NCBI RefSeq assembly: GCF_006345805.1
Contig: NW_021824857.1
Coordinates: forward strand, 1-17,553
Length of the DNA: 17,553 nt
DNA from: Octopus sinensis
Taxonomy: Eukaryota
Direction of reading: 5' to 3'
Below are positions 1 through 10,227 of this stretch, piece after piece. The notes beneath the pieces are model-generated. The model had not been told where the DNA came from. It saw only the letters and a list, made by a program, of their open reading frames with translations, and ran no database searches. The position numbers and the translations under genes are program-made. Numbering within the stretch: position 1 is the first letter of the stretch; the number at the start of each line of letters is the position of its first letter.

Positions 1-454
1 TAGATTTGTATAACTCCCAAGGGAGGCAGATAAAATCTGCCTTTTATAATAAGAGATATATATATGTATGTATATATGCATATGTATGTATATATATATA
101 GCAATAATAAATCTTTGACCGAGGTATATATGCACTATGTACATATGTATGTATGTATATGTATATATATATATATGTATAATATGCATACGTATTTGTA
201 TATATATATGTATGTATATGTGTATATTGCGTATACATGATACATACGCAAATATCAAAAAAGTATATATGCACTCATGTATATACACACAACACACACA
301 GATATATCTGTCATATTTATGCGTGTATATCATAATATAAATGCATTCATATGCTCATATGGGTGTGTATGTATATATATGTTTATATCTATGCATTTAT
401 TGTTATGTACAAGTATGTACCTACATATATACATATGTATATATATATATATAT

Positions 455-569
455 TAGACAAAATGAGATAACAAAGCCAAGACTGAGGAGTTTTCAGGAC
501 ATTTATAAGGAAAGGATATAGATAAATCGTTACAGCTGTTTCTGGGATATTATGTATACCCCTTCATCA
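455..569 (-). mobile_element. 3'-terminal remnant of a Penelope-like (hammerhead-bearing) element abutting (TA)n
   Basis: AATGAGAT..AAAGCCAAGACTG..GGACATTTATA..TTACAGCTGTTTCTGGGATATT aligns by eye with 5734-5815. Begins directly after (TA)n. Confidence 0.55.
528..569 (-). ncRNA. 5'-truncated hammerhead motif
   Basis: Minus strand: (A)UGAUGA-AGGGGUAU acaua AUAUCCCA-GAAA-CAGCUG-UA-ACG. C3 and the 5' strand of stem I are replaced by microsatellite. Same family as 5792-5841. Confidence 0.65.
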
Positions 570-738
570 TATATGTGTGTGTGTAAATCGTTTTCATATT
601 TGTTTTAACGTCCATTTCTCCATGCCTGCATGTGTCAAACGAAACCTCATGAAGGGAAATTTTTATGGCCAGATGGTTAACTTGTTTCCCCACCTTCACT
701 TGTTTGCCAGTCTAGAAATACTCAGCTATGATCTGGCA

Positions 739-860
739 TACTCTTTTTACTCTTTTACTTGTTTCAGTCATGTGACAGTGGCCATGCTGGAACGCCGCCT
801 TTCTCGACTCCAGGACTTATTCTTTTGAAGCCTAGTACTTATTCTATCGGTCTGTTTTGC
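739..860 (-). mobile_element. 3' fragment of the tRNA/CORE SINE
   Basis: TACTCTTTTACTTGTTTCAGTCA..GGCCATGCTGGA..TAGTACTTATTCTATCGGTC matches 13900-14022. Confidence 0.8.
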
Positions 861-980
861 TGTAGAAACTCTGCCCGATCAGATTGGAGCCTGGTGCAGC
901 CATCTGGTTCACCATATTTTCAAGTCAAATCGTTCAACCCATGCTAGCATGGAAAGCGTACGTTAAACGATGATAATGAT
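861..980 (+). mobile_element. 3' fragment of the (GAT)n-tailed element
   Basis: GGAGCCTGGTGCAGCC..CAACCCATGCTAGCATGGAAAGCGTACGTTAAACGATGAT. Confidence 0.75.
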
Positions 981-986
981 GTTTTA

Positions 987-1176
987 TGTTTCTTTCAATT
1001 AATTTTAAATATAACAAAGAATTTAGTAAAATAACTTAGTTATCATTAAGCTAGTGTTAGGAACATAAATTGTGACTAAGGTTTGGTGGAAGATTTTAAT
1101 TCAGAACTTATGAAAATAAGACATTTGTACTCAGAGCCAGAACTGGTTTCAGCTGGGTTGGTATCAAAAGGGTTAA
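987..1176 (+). mobile_element. piggyBac-like MITE, left end missing
   Basis: Near-identical to 1237-1424. Ends AAAGGG-TTAA. Confidence 0.75.
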
Positions 1177-1199
1177 GAATTGTTTCTCTATTATATATT

Positions 1200-1424
1200 T
1201 TAACCCTTTCGTTACTGTATTTATTTTGAGATGCTCTGTGTTTCTTTCAATTATTTTAAATATAACAAAGAATTTAGTAAAATAACTTGGTTATCATTAA
1301 GCTAGTGTTAGGAACATAAATTGTGACTAAGGTTTGGTAGATTTTAATTTAGAACTTTTGAAAACAAAACATTTGTACTACAGAGCCAGAGGCAGTTTCA
1401 GGCGGGTTGGCATCAGAAGGGTTA
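1200..1424 (+). mobile_element. piggyBac-like MITE
   Basis: TTAA-CCCTTTCG ... CAGAAGGG-TTA(C). Multi-copy in the window. Confidence 0.75.
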
Positions 1425-2080
1425 CAGAAAAAAGCTTTGCTTTAAAAGCATATCTTGCAAGAAACAGCAATATTATTATTGCTGTTGTTATTATATTATT
1501 ATATATTATGTTATTATATAATATTACAACTATAGGACAAAATTTAACATGTTTACTCTCAACCGAATTAAGGCCCTATAACCTTAAACATAGTTCAGTG
1601 TGTTTGCAGATATCAAAATTAATTGAAGTAAACACAGAGTACCTCAATAGAAATATGGTAACAAGAGGATTAAATTATCCTTAAGTAACACCCGTTTTTT
1701 TAGGAGGGTTGCAAGAAAGCCCATCCCGCTCGTGATAAAAGCTATTGCTGATATCACTAGAGAACATACAAAAAATGTGAAAAGGTGTTTTGAATATCAT
1801 TCTATATCTACCTGTATAATGCTGCTGCTACCTTGAAGGAACACCTGAGAGAGATTTGCAAAGCATGCGGAAATAAAATAATCCACGTGGATAAAGGCAG
1901 TAGAATTGTGGTTCCCAACGGGTATTTGTATAAACCTTGGCAGGGGTTGGGTTCCATCTAAGATTTTGTGTTTGAAAGAAGCGTCTATAAAATTAGTTTT
2001 GAAGCATTGAATAGCTGCTAGGGTCCACCAGAGTAGAATAATAATCTAAAGGTTCCATATAGGAAAAAAATTATTGAAAA

Positions 2081-2279
2081 TCTCTCTATATATATAAACG
2101 GCAAAATGTCTGTCTGTGTGTGTGTCCTTTATACAAATCCACAATTTTTTAGTTAGAGGGATCGCACTTTGAATGGTCATTCAAAACCGTCCAAGGGTGG
2201 TCGTGCACATCTTTATATTTCCCCAGTCACCCCGCAAAGCCATTAAAAAATCAATAGAAGTGCCGGGTCAAAGTGCTAG
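2081..2279 (+). mobile_element. Non-autonomous Helitron-like element
   Basis: A|TC(TC)TCTATATATATAAA 5' end, internal (GTCT)/(GT)n, and 3' GCCGGGTCAAAGTG-CTAG|T. Fits TC...CTAG inserted between A and T with no TSD. Confidence 0.65.
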
Positions 2280-2729
2280 TTATTGGTGAAAAACCAATAC
2301 TAAGTTTTCTGCCAATGAAAAATGTTCTCTCAGAGAATGCAATTGAAAACCTACACAAATGAATGGGCAAAAAACAAAATAACAATTTTGACAGAAGTAT
2401 CTATAAGACTAGGTTTTAAACACCGAATGGCTACGGAGGTCAACCAGAGAAAAAAAGTAATCAAAGGGGTTTGTAGGTAAAAAAAAATGGTTGAGAAATA
2501 CTGGTCTAAAGCAGGGATGATGTATATATTATGAGTATGTATAAATTGTGTGCATGCAGCCTGTTCCTTCTGCCTTCCAGCCAACACGACTACATTATGG
2601 AATAGAATGTGCAATATGTTTGGCAGGGCTCAAGTGTCATATAAGGGCTTCAGTGAGTCATTTTAACTGTTCTCTCTAGCAATGGCTTTGCTCATATCCG
2701 AGAAAGCAGCCTCTCTGTTCTTGTATGTC

Positions 2730-3045
2730 ATTATTCAGTTTTATTTCAAGATTTCTTGCCAGTAGACAAAAAGAGCCGGTTCCTAATCTAGATCCCAAGC
2801 ACCTTCAATGGAATTTCAACATCAACGGTATTTTCGTATGGATGTATACGTGCATATGAATGTATTCTTATGCATATAGTTCTATATCTACACATGCTCA
2901 TATATATTTGAATACTAAACTTCTGGAAAGTTTTACAGATTTTTACAGTTCCTGTGATGGATTGGATCTGTAGTCTTTGAATCAGCTTTCTCCTTTCTGG
3001 TTTTGAGAAGCCTAATTTCTCAAGATTGGTATTTAGGGAGTGTGT
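2730..3045 (-). mobile_element. 3' end of an R4/Dong-like RLE non-LTR retrotransposon (ORF C-terminus + 3' UTR)
   Basis: Minus frame 3045-2911 reads THSLNTNLEKLGFSKPERRKLIQRLQIQSITGTVKICKTFQKFSI, resembling the R4-clade C-terminal LQxxxxxGTxKI motif. AATAAA lies near the 3' end (~2740). Confidence 0.65.
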
Positions 3046-3085
3046 TATATTATGTATGTATATACATATATATGTATGTATGTAT

Positions 3086-3119
<34 letters not shown>

Positions 3120-3259
3120 CCAGCCGAAATTGCAAAGATAATCTGGAACTCGCCTGAAGAAAGAAAACTCCGAATGACCCATCCCTGTTTTTTTGTATCG
3201 TCTGTCTGGATGTTTTGCGTTCTTGTTCCATTTTTGGTATTCCTTTATATATATATATA

Positions 3260-3296
3260 AATGCAAGTTGTTTTGGCGCCTTCCTCTCAATGCCAT

Positions 3297-3365
<69 letters not shown>

Positions 3366-3696
3366 AATTAATAAATAAAACAAATGCATATATACATACA
3401 TATATGTACGTACCTAATCTATATGTATATATACATGCATTATGGATACAGGACACCAAAAAAAAAAATGTCGAACACAATGAGAAACGATTTTGTGTTT
3501 ATATTTTCGTTTCTCATTGTGTTCAACGTTTTTTTTTTGGTGTCCTGTATCCATATATGCATGTATATATACATATAGATTTAGGTACGTACATATATGT
3601 ATGTATATATGCATATGTCTTATTTATAAATTTGTATATACATATACAGATAGATAGATATAATGCCATTGAGAGGAAGGCTCCAGAGCTTGCATT
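3260..3696. repeat. Long imperfect inverted repeat (foldback)
   Basis: AATGCAAG..CCTTCCTCTCAATG..GGATACAGGACACCAAAA..CACAATGAGAAACGA [3491-3506] TCGTTTCTCATTGTG..TTGGTGTCCTGTATCC..CATTGAGAGGAAGG..CTTGCATT. Confidence 0.92.
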
Positions 3697-3980
3697 CTTT
3701 CCTAATGATCCCATAAGTTTGCTAGCATCTGGTATGCGGGGCTTTTGCAACTCGTAGTAGTACTAGTATCTGCAAGTTGTTCACAAAAAATATATATATA
3801 TAAATGTATGTTTGCGTGTGTGTGTATATATATATATATACACACACACACACATAACATATATATATATTGTGTCGTCTATTTGAGTGTTTTGCGTTCT
3901 TGTCCCCATTTGTATTTTTATATATATATTTTTATATATATATATATATATTATTCTTATATAATATATATATATAGATA

Positions 3981-4047
<67 letters not shown>

Positions 4048-4139
4048 ATATGCATATATATTATTGGGTATATGTGTGTGTGTGTCTTTGTATTTATGTG
4101 GATATGTATTGATAGATGTATAGATGTTCTCACATGAAC

Positions 4140-4420
4140 TTTAACCTCTACGACTTTGTCCCAAATAACTATGTCAGGTCTATTGTGCTTGCACTTGATG
4201 GCAGTTTTGTCGGGAATGTTCCCCCACAAAATAAGTTCCTTGTGTTGATAGGTACGTAGACATGTAGGCACGTAGGTAGGTATTCTACAGCAGTTGTTTA
4301 TCTCGGAGCAGTCTTTGCGATGGCTGTCATTGTATATAGTATTTTAACCTACATCAAACCACTGAGATATTTTTACTTCAGCAACTTTTTTGAGGCAGCT
4401 GCTGGTTATTTTTGCTTTGT
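4140..4420 (-). pseudogene. Degenerate zinc-knuckle / restriction-like endonuclease region of an R4/Dong-like retrotransposon
   Basis: Frameshifted minus-strand peptides ITSSC, TIYNDSHRKDCSEI and NIPDKTAIKCKHNRPDIVIWDKVVEV (RPD motif of RLE PD-(D/E)xK nucleases, 4173-4181). Confidence 0.7.
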
Positions 4421-4760
4421 CTTCCATAGAACAGTGACATGATCGATACTAATAGATGCAGCTAGAGAATTAAGGGCCTTTGTAATTTCATTTGTTCTTT
4501 GTATATGTATTGTACCTGTCTCCCGCAATAGGATTTTCAAAATCTTCAAGATTTAATATCATGTGTAATGGTCACCAATGCAAAAGGGGCTGTAACTACA
4601 TGCTAATATGCTGTCCGAGTGATATCATGATGAATTTAAAATCCGGTTGGTACTGATGTCTTTAAGCTTCTTCTCTTCTCTCATCTTCTGTGATTAGGGT
4701 CTGCGGAAATTCACAGATGATGTCAGGATGAAGCATGCCAATGGGGGTCAATACAATGAC

Positions 4761-5035
4761 TATGTATGTATGTGTGCATATACATATGTATCTATATATA
4801 TATATACATACATATATATATATAATATATATATTATATATATATATACATATATTATATATATATTATATATATATGATGATGATTATATAATGTTATA
4901 TATATATATATTATATATATATTATATATATATAATATATATATTATATGTATATATAATATATATATATATGTATATATAATATATTATTATATATATA
5001 TATAATATTATATATTATATATATATATATATATG
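4761..5035. repeat. (TA)n-rich compound microsatellite; similar tracts at 57-455, 3046-3118, 3790-4100, 6084-6288, 10113-10228, 11780-11945, 12400-12638 and 12837-12980
   Basis: Directly visible dinucleotide and tetranucleotide runs. Confidence 0.95.
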
Positions 5036-5390
5036 TGCGAGCAAGACGCCCCCCCCCGTCCAATGGATGGTGCTGAGTTGTCAAACATTTAGACCAAATT
5101 TTCTCAAGCCAGCCGGCTTTTTTTGCACAAACTGCATGTGCATTTTTCTCGCATTCACGTAGTATCGATCGCAACAGCTGATGTACTTGCGCATACGAAT
5201 GCACGTTCCCACGGCTTTATCGATCGCATTCTCACCTGGAATCGATTTTTGTAATATTTTTCAAGACTTATACACGCCCTGATACCATCGGTGTCTACAT
5301 ATCAAATTTGAGTGCAATTGGATGGAGGATGCCCGAGATCGGAGAAGACACACACACACACAGACGGACAATGGATTTTATATAATGTAT
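5036..5390 (-). mobile_element. Helitron-like repeat fragment
   Basis: CpG-rich island ending CAAATTTGAGTGCAATTGG..(CA)n GACGGACA..TTTTATATA. The minus strand starts like 2085-2125 (TATATAAA..TGTC(C/T)GTCTGTGTGTG). Confidence 0.45.
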
Positions 5391-5494
5391 ATATAATTAT
5401 TAATAATAGGGAATATAAGATTCCAAGACAACAGGGGAAAACAAAATCAATTTAGTAATACTAAATCAAATTTCACTATATATCAAATATATAT

Positions 5495-5687
5495 AGACAG
5501 AACCTCCATAAAGTAATTCAATCAATAATAAAAGATATTATCTATAATAAAAATATAAATTTAAATATATTATTATTATGATTATTATTATTATTATTAT
5601 TAATATGTACTAATAATATATTTAAATTTATATTTTTATTACAGATAATATCTTTCATTACTGAAATACTTTATGGAGGTTCTGTCT
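5495..5687. repeat. Imperfect inverted repeat around an (ATT)n spacer
   Basis: AGACAGAACCTCCATAAAGTA..AAAGATATTATCT..AATAAAAATATAAATTTAAATATATTATT / reverse complement ending TACTTTATGGAGGTTCTGTCT. Confidence 0.9.
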
Positions 5688-5715
5688 CTTAATCTGATAT
5701 ATATATATATATATA

Positions 5716-6083
5716 TTTAAGAATTTTTTGCGTAATGAGATATAAATAAACCAAAGGCTGTGTAGATATTAGAGCATTTATAGATAGAAGGTCTTACAGT
5801 TGTTTCTGGGATATTAATTAATAATATCACTTCATCAGAGATGGTGTGAGAGGATTGTTAAGTCATAGTTAGTTCAGATGTGATACAAAATAGAGAGTGA
5901 GGTGGAGGAAAGAAAATAGATGTAACATATGTATGGGTATTGAATTCGTAAGTCCGTTTTATAGGCATAATGGTATATATGTGTAATATTCCAATATCCT
6001 ATGAGTAAAGTCCAACATAATTTAATATGAGTCCTTCCAAATATAGAGTTTATAATCAATGTAATATTCTCTTAAAGTTGGTC
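5716..6083 (-). mobile_element. Penelope-like element remnant between (TA)n tracts
   Basis: Contains the hammerhead at 5792-5841, is bounded by (TA)n on both sides, and is similar to 455-569. Confidence 0.55.
5792..5841 (-). ncRNA. Minimal type I hammerhead ribozyme motif
   Basis: Minus strand: UCU-CUGAUGA-AGUGAUAUUA uuaau UAAUAUCCCA-GAAA-C AACU G-UA-AGA. Canonical core, long stem II, GUA triplet, 3-bp stem I. Confidence 0.8.
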
Positions 6084-6126
6084 ATATATATATAGATATG
6101 CATACATATGAATGTATACATACATA

Positions 6127-6201
<75 letters not shown>

Positions 6202-6416
6202 TATATATACACACATATATATATATATATATTTAATATACACATACATATATATTATAGATATGTATACATGCATATATATATATAAAGTTCGATAAAC
6301 CTCATTAGTAATATCCAATGAATTTACTGGTGTCTTACCTACTCTTTATTTGGGAATATTAATTAGTTTTAATACTCAAAAATTGATAATTAAATAAACC
6401 GAGGTTTATATTTATT

Positions 6417-6632
6417 TAAGGAAAATAAGAAAATAGAGATAAATCAATTAATAATTATATTTATTAATTAACAAAACTAGACCTAATCCCTAACAGCTGT
6501 TTCAATTCAGACTTTAAAAATTAATTAAAATAATTAAATTATAAATTTGAATCTCATCAGGATTATGTCTTTTTTTTGTAATTAATAACTATAATTATTA
6601 ATTGATTTATCTCTATTTCCTTATTTTTCTTA
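6417..6632. repeat. Inverted repeat (~60-bp arms) enclosing a hammerhead motif
   Basis: 6417-6476 (TAAGGAAAATAAGAAAATAGAGATAAATCAATTAATAATTATA..) versus reverse complement of 6574-6632. Confidence 0.88.
6484..6565 (-). ncRNA. Type I hammerhead-like motif with long AT-rich stem II
   Basis: Minus strand: UAAUC-CUGAUGA-GAUUCA...UGAAUU-GAAA-CAGCUG-UU-AGGGAUUA. Canonical core and palindromic CAGCUG stem III. Stem I register is slightly disturbed. Confidence 0.7.
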
Positions 6633-6639
6633 TATATAT

Positions 6640-6990
6640 CACATGGTTCCTGGTTCAGTCCCACTGCGTGGCACCTTGGGCAAGTGTCTTCTACTATAGC
6701 CTCGGGCTGACCAAAGCCTTGTGAGTGGATTTGGTAGGTGGAAACTGAAAGAAGCCCATCGTATATATGTATGTGTGTGTGTATATGTCTGTGTGTTTGC
6801 GTTTGTCCCCCCAACATCACTTGACAACCGATGCTGGTGTGTTTACATCCCCGTAACTCAGCGGTTCGGCAAAAAAAGACTGATAGAATAAGTACTAGGC
6901 TTACAAAGAATAAGTCCTGGGGGCGATAAGTTTGACTAAAAGGCGGTGCTCCAGCATGGCCACAGTCAAATGACTGAAACAAGTAAAAGA
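6640..6990 (+). mobile_element. 5'-truncated copy of the same tRNA/CORE SINE
   Basis: Aligns with 15291-15650. Extra partial 3' ends follow at ~7000-7130. Confidence 0.85.
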
Positions 6991-7420
6991 AAAACAGAAA
7001 GAATAAATTTACTGGGGTCAGTTCATTCAACTAAGAATTCTTCAAAGCAGTGCTCCAACATGGCCATAGTGTAATGAGCACTCCAGCATGGCCACAGTTG
7101 AATGACTGAAGCAAGTAAAAAATGAAAGATGAAGGCTATTATTTTCATAAATTAAATTTTTTAGGAATTGTATAAAAAAAATTCTAAAAATATTTTCTTT
7201 TTCGAAGAAGTACAACTAATTTATTGCAGATAAACTTTAACAACAGGATCTTGCATGCCCTTCCCCCCATCACCACCACCACAAAGGGTCATATGGACCC
7301 CCACTTATGAACCACAGTTCTAGTGTCGTTATCCACCTGGGTTGCTCATGATGAGTTATCTATTACTGCATGTTTTGCAATTCTCTTTCAGGTGTTGCTT
7401 CAAGGTAACAACAACAGTAT

Positions 7421-7729
7421 TTTTTCTTTTTTTTATGCGCCCTTTTCAAGCCTATCCAGGCTCATGGGACCGGTTTCCCAGTTTCTGTGGCGTATGTGTA
7501 CCCCCCCCCCAGCTGGACGGGCGCCAGTCCATCGCAGCGTTACTCAAGAAACAGGAAGAAAGAGTGAGAGAAAGTTGGGGCAAAAGAGTACAGCACCCCC
7601 TGCCGGAGCCTCGTGGAGCTTTAGGTGGTTTCGCTCAATAAACACACACAACGCCCGGTCTGGGAATCGAAACTGCGATCTTCCAACCTTGAGTCCACTG
7701 CCCTAATCATTGGGCTATTGCACCTCCAC
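7421..7729 (-). mobile_element. tRNA-derived SINE (second family) with 14-bp TSD
   Basis: Minus head GGAGGTGCAATAGCCCAATGATTAGGG..GTTTCGATTCCC and an A-rich tail. AACAACAACAGTAT duplicated at 7407-7420 and 7730-7743. Confidence 0.85.
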
Positions 7730-7813
7730 AACAACAACAGTATACAGGCAGGTATTGATTGATATTCAAAACATATTTCCACATGTGCGCAGGAGTGGCT
7801 GTGTGGTAAGTAG

Positions 7814-7945
7814 CTTAGTCACAATTTATGTTCCTAACACTAGCTTAATGATAACAAAGTTATTTTACTAAATTCTTTGTTATATTTAAAACAATTGAAA
7901 GAAACAGAGAGCATCTCAACAGAAATAGGGTAAGAAAAGGGTTAA
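7814..7945 (-). mobile_element. piggyBac-like MITE fragment
   Basis: Reverse complement of ~1200-1331. Ends AAAGGG-TTAA. Confidence 0.75.
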
Positions 7946-8167
7946 CTTGTGTATGTTGAACTATATAATATGTTAGAGAAAGAAACCCAGCTGTTTCTGG
8001 TAATACATACCAATATATACCTCTAAAGCAAAATTTTTTTCAGGGGCCCTTAAAATACTATTGTAGGTCCCCAATTTACTATTTTGTTGCATGGACCCCC
8101 AAAATCTTGTGTGGGCCCTGGTTGAGAACCACTAATTTAAATTAATTTGCCAAACAATAAAAGCAAA

Positions 8168-8838
8168 GGGTAAGGGTAAAAACCTCCTTCGGGGATGAAT
8201 GACCATGGGGTTGCACCTAGTAAGTCCCCGCTCCAAGGTACAAGTCCAGGTAGGGTTGTTTTATAAAAGACCAGCCTCCCCTCTTCACACTACAGATGTT
8301 ATCCAAGAGAAGGGCAAAAGCTGATACAGCTTGGCCCCAGTGATCATCATCATCATCATCGTCGTTTAACATCCGCTTTCCATGCTAGCATGGGTTGGAC
8401 GGTTCGACCAGGGTCTGAGAGGCCAGGAGGCTGCACCAGACTCCAGTCTGATCTGGCAGTGTTTCTACAGCTGGATGCCCTTCCTAACACCAACCACTCC
8501 GTGAGTGTAGTGGGTGCTTTTTACGTGCTGCCAGCACAGAAGCCAGTCAAGGCGGCACTGGCATCGACCATATTTGGATGGTGCTTTTTACATGTCACCT
8601 GCACAGGTATCACAACTACAATTTCCGTTTGTTTTCCATTTTGATGTTGATGTACTTGATTCAATAGGTCTCCTCAAGCACAGCAGGTTGCAACTTATTT
8701 CTACAGCTGAGTGAACTGGAGCAACATGAAATAAAGTGTCTTGCTCAAGAACACAACACAACAGCCTGGTCCAAGAATCGAACTAACTATCTCATGGTTA
8801 CGAGCCCAACACTCTAACCACTGAGCCATATACCTTCA
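8168..8838 (-). mobile_element. tRNA-derived SINE (third family) split by a nested insertion
   Basis: Minus head TGGCTCAGTGGTTAGAG..GTTCGATTC..TTGAGCAAGACACTT at 8838-8690. The remainder is inferred at 8168-8342. Confidence 0.65.
8343..8685 (-). mobile_element. (GAT)n-tailed RTE-related SINE/non-autonomous element
   Basis: (CAT)n then CGTTTAACATCCGCTTTCCATGCTAGCATGGGTTGGACGG..GGATGCCCTTCCTAAC. Aligns with 15879-16290. Confidence 0.8.
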
Positions 8839-9009
8839 CTTTTGCCAAAAGTAATGCCTATTTATTCACATTGTTTTGAATTAATCCTGCATGATCTCAT
8901 AACTTTGAGGTTTTCATGATGAGATTGTTTATTTTCAGAAGGACATTGTAGGATAAGTGAGAGAGCTGGATCAGGCTCATTCTGAACATAAGCCCGGATA
9001 TTCTTCTAT

Positions 9010-9225
9010 TATTTTTACTTGTTTCTGTCATTTGATTGACCATGCTGGGGCACTGCCTTGAAGAGTTTTAGTCGAACCAGTCAGCCCCAAGGCTTATTTT
9101 TCTAAGCCTTGTACTTATTCTGTCGGTTCCTTTTGACAAACCGCTATGTTACGGGGACATAAACAAACCAACACCGGTTGTCAAGTGGTGATGGTGGGGA
9201 CAAACACAAACACAAAGGCACACAC
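9010..9225 (-). mobile_element. Diverged 3' half of the tRNA/CORE SINE
   Basis: Aligns with 13905-14100. Confidence 0.75.
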
Positions 9226-9646
9226 TGATATATATATATAATATAGGTGCAGGAGTGGCTGTGTGGTAAGTAGCTTGCTTACCAACCACATGGTTCAAGG
9301 TTCCATCCCACTGCTACTATACATATATATATATATGTGTGTGTGTGTATGTATATACATAGGTAGATAGATAGATAGATAGATAGATATGTATATCTAT
9401 CTATATATATGTATGTAAGTATATATCTCTGTACATACATATACATACTTGCATACATATATATATAACTCCAAGTAAGTTAGGGGCTGTGGATCCAACC
9501 CACTAAGGGATAATACTTATCCAATATACTCTTGGTATACTACCCAAATTATTAATACACAAGTGTTTTTCATCGCAATGCAATAAACTTACTTATTGTA
9601 TTAAATGGGTGAAGGTAAAGAAATATTTTACCATTAATTTATAATA

Positions 9647-9971
9647 CAAATAAGAAAATGGAGAAACACAATTGTTGGTTCATTAACTTTAGGACATTAG
9701 AATTTTGACTTATTTATTTATTAATCTGATAATTATAACATACATACATATAGCATATTATTCAATGCATATAAAATAAGAATACAAGTAATTATTAAAA
9801 AACATGAATATAAATTATTAAATTGCTTGTATCCTTATTTTATATGCATAGAATAATATGCTATATGTATGTATGTAATTATAATTATCAGATTAATAAA
9901 TAAATAAGTTAACATTTTTAATGTCCTGAAGTTGATGAACCAACTATTGTGCTTCTCCATTTTCTTATTTG
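9647..9971. repeat. Long imperfect inverted repeat (~150-bp arms, ~27-nt spacer)
   Basis: CAAATAAGAAAATGGAGAA...ATACAAGTAATT / AATTGCTTGTAT...TTCTCCATTTTCTTATTTG. Confidence 0.92.
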
Positions 9972-10227
9972 CTATATATATTGTGTTTCTGTCAGCCAAA
10001 TCCACTCACAAGGCTTAGATCTGCCCAGGCTATGGTAGGAGAACTATGCAGTGTGGAACTGAACCAAGTATCACATACCTGTGAAACAAGCCTCCTCCAC
10101 AGAACCACTTTTATATATATACATACATACACATGTATATATATATATACATACATATATATATACATATATATAGACACACATACATATATACATATAT
10201 ACACACACACACACATATAGATATATA

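Noticed and set aside
1-56. AGGCAGAT-aaa-ATCTGCCT-TTT hairpin resembling a bacterial terminator
   Set aside because: Eukaryotic context. More likely the subterminal hairpin of a Helitron-like end cut by the window edge, with too little sequence to call.
3150-3185. Plus-strand CTGAAGA-AAGAAAACTCC-GAATG hammerhead-like motif in a short repeat (3118-3243; related piece at 3870-3915)
   Set aside because: GAAA is incomplete, stem II is mismatched, and there is no stem I. At best a decayed remnant.
7375-7755. Possible micro-exon (TTCTCTTTCAG|GTGTTGCTTCAAG|GTAAC)
   Set aside because: Differences from the paralog at ~1812-1844 are non-synonymous in the open frames on that strand, and there is no transcript evidence.
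7985-8025. Minus-strand GGTATGTATTACCA-GAAACAGCTG
   Set aside because: CUGANGA and the cleavage triplet are absent, so it is not called as a ribozyme.
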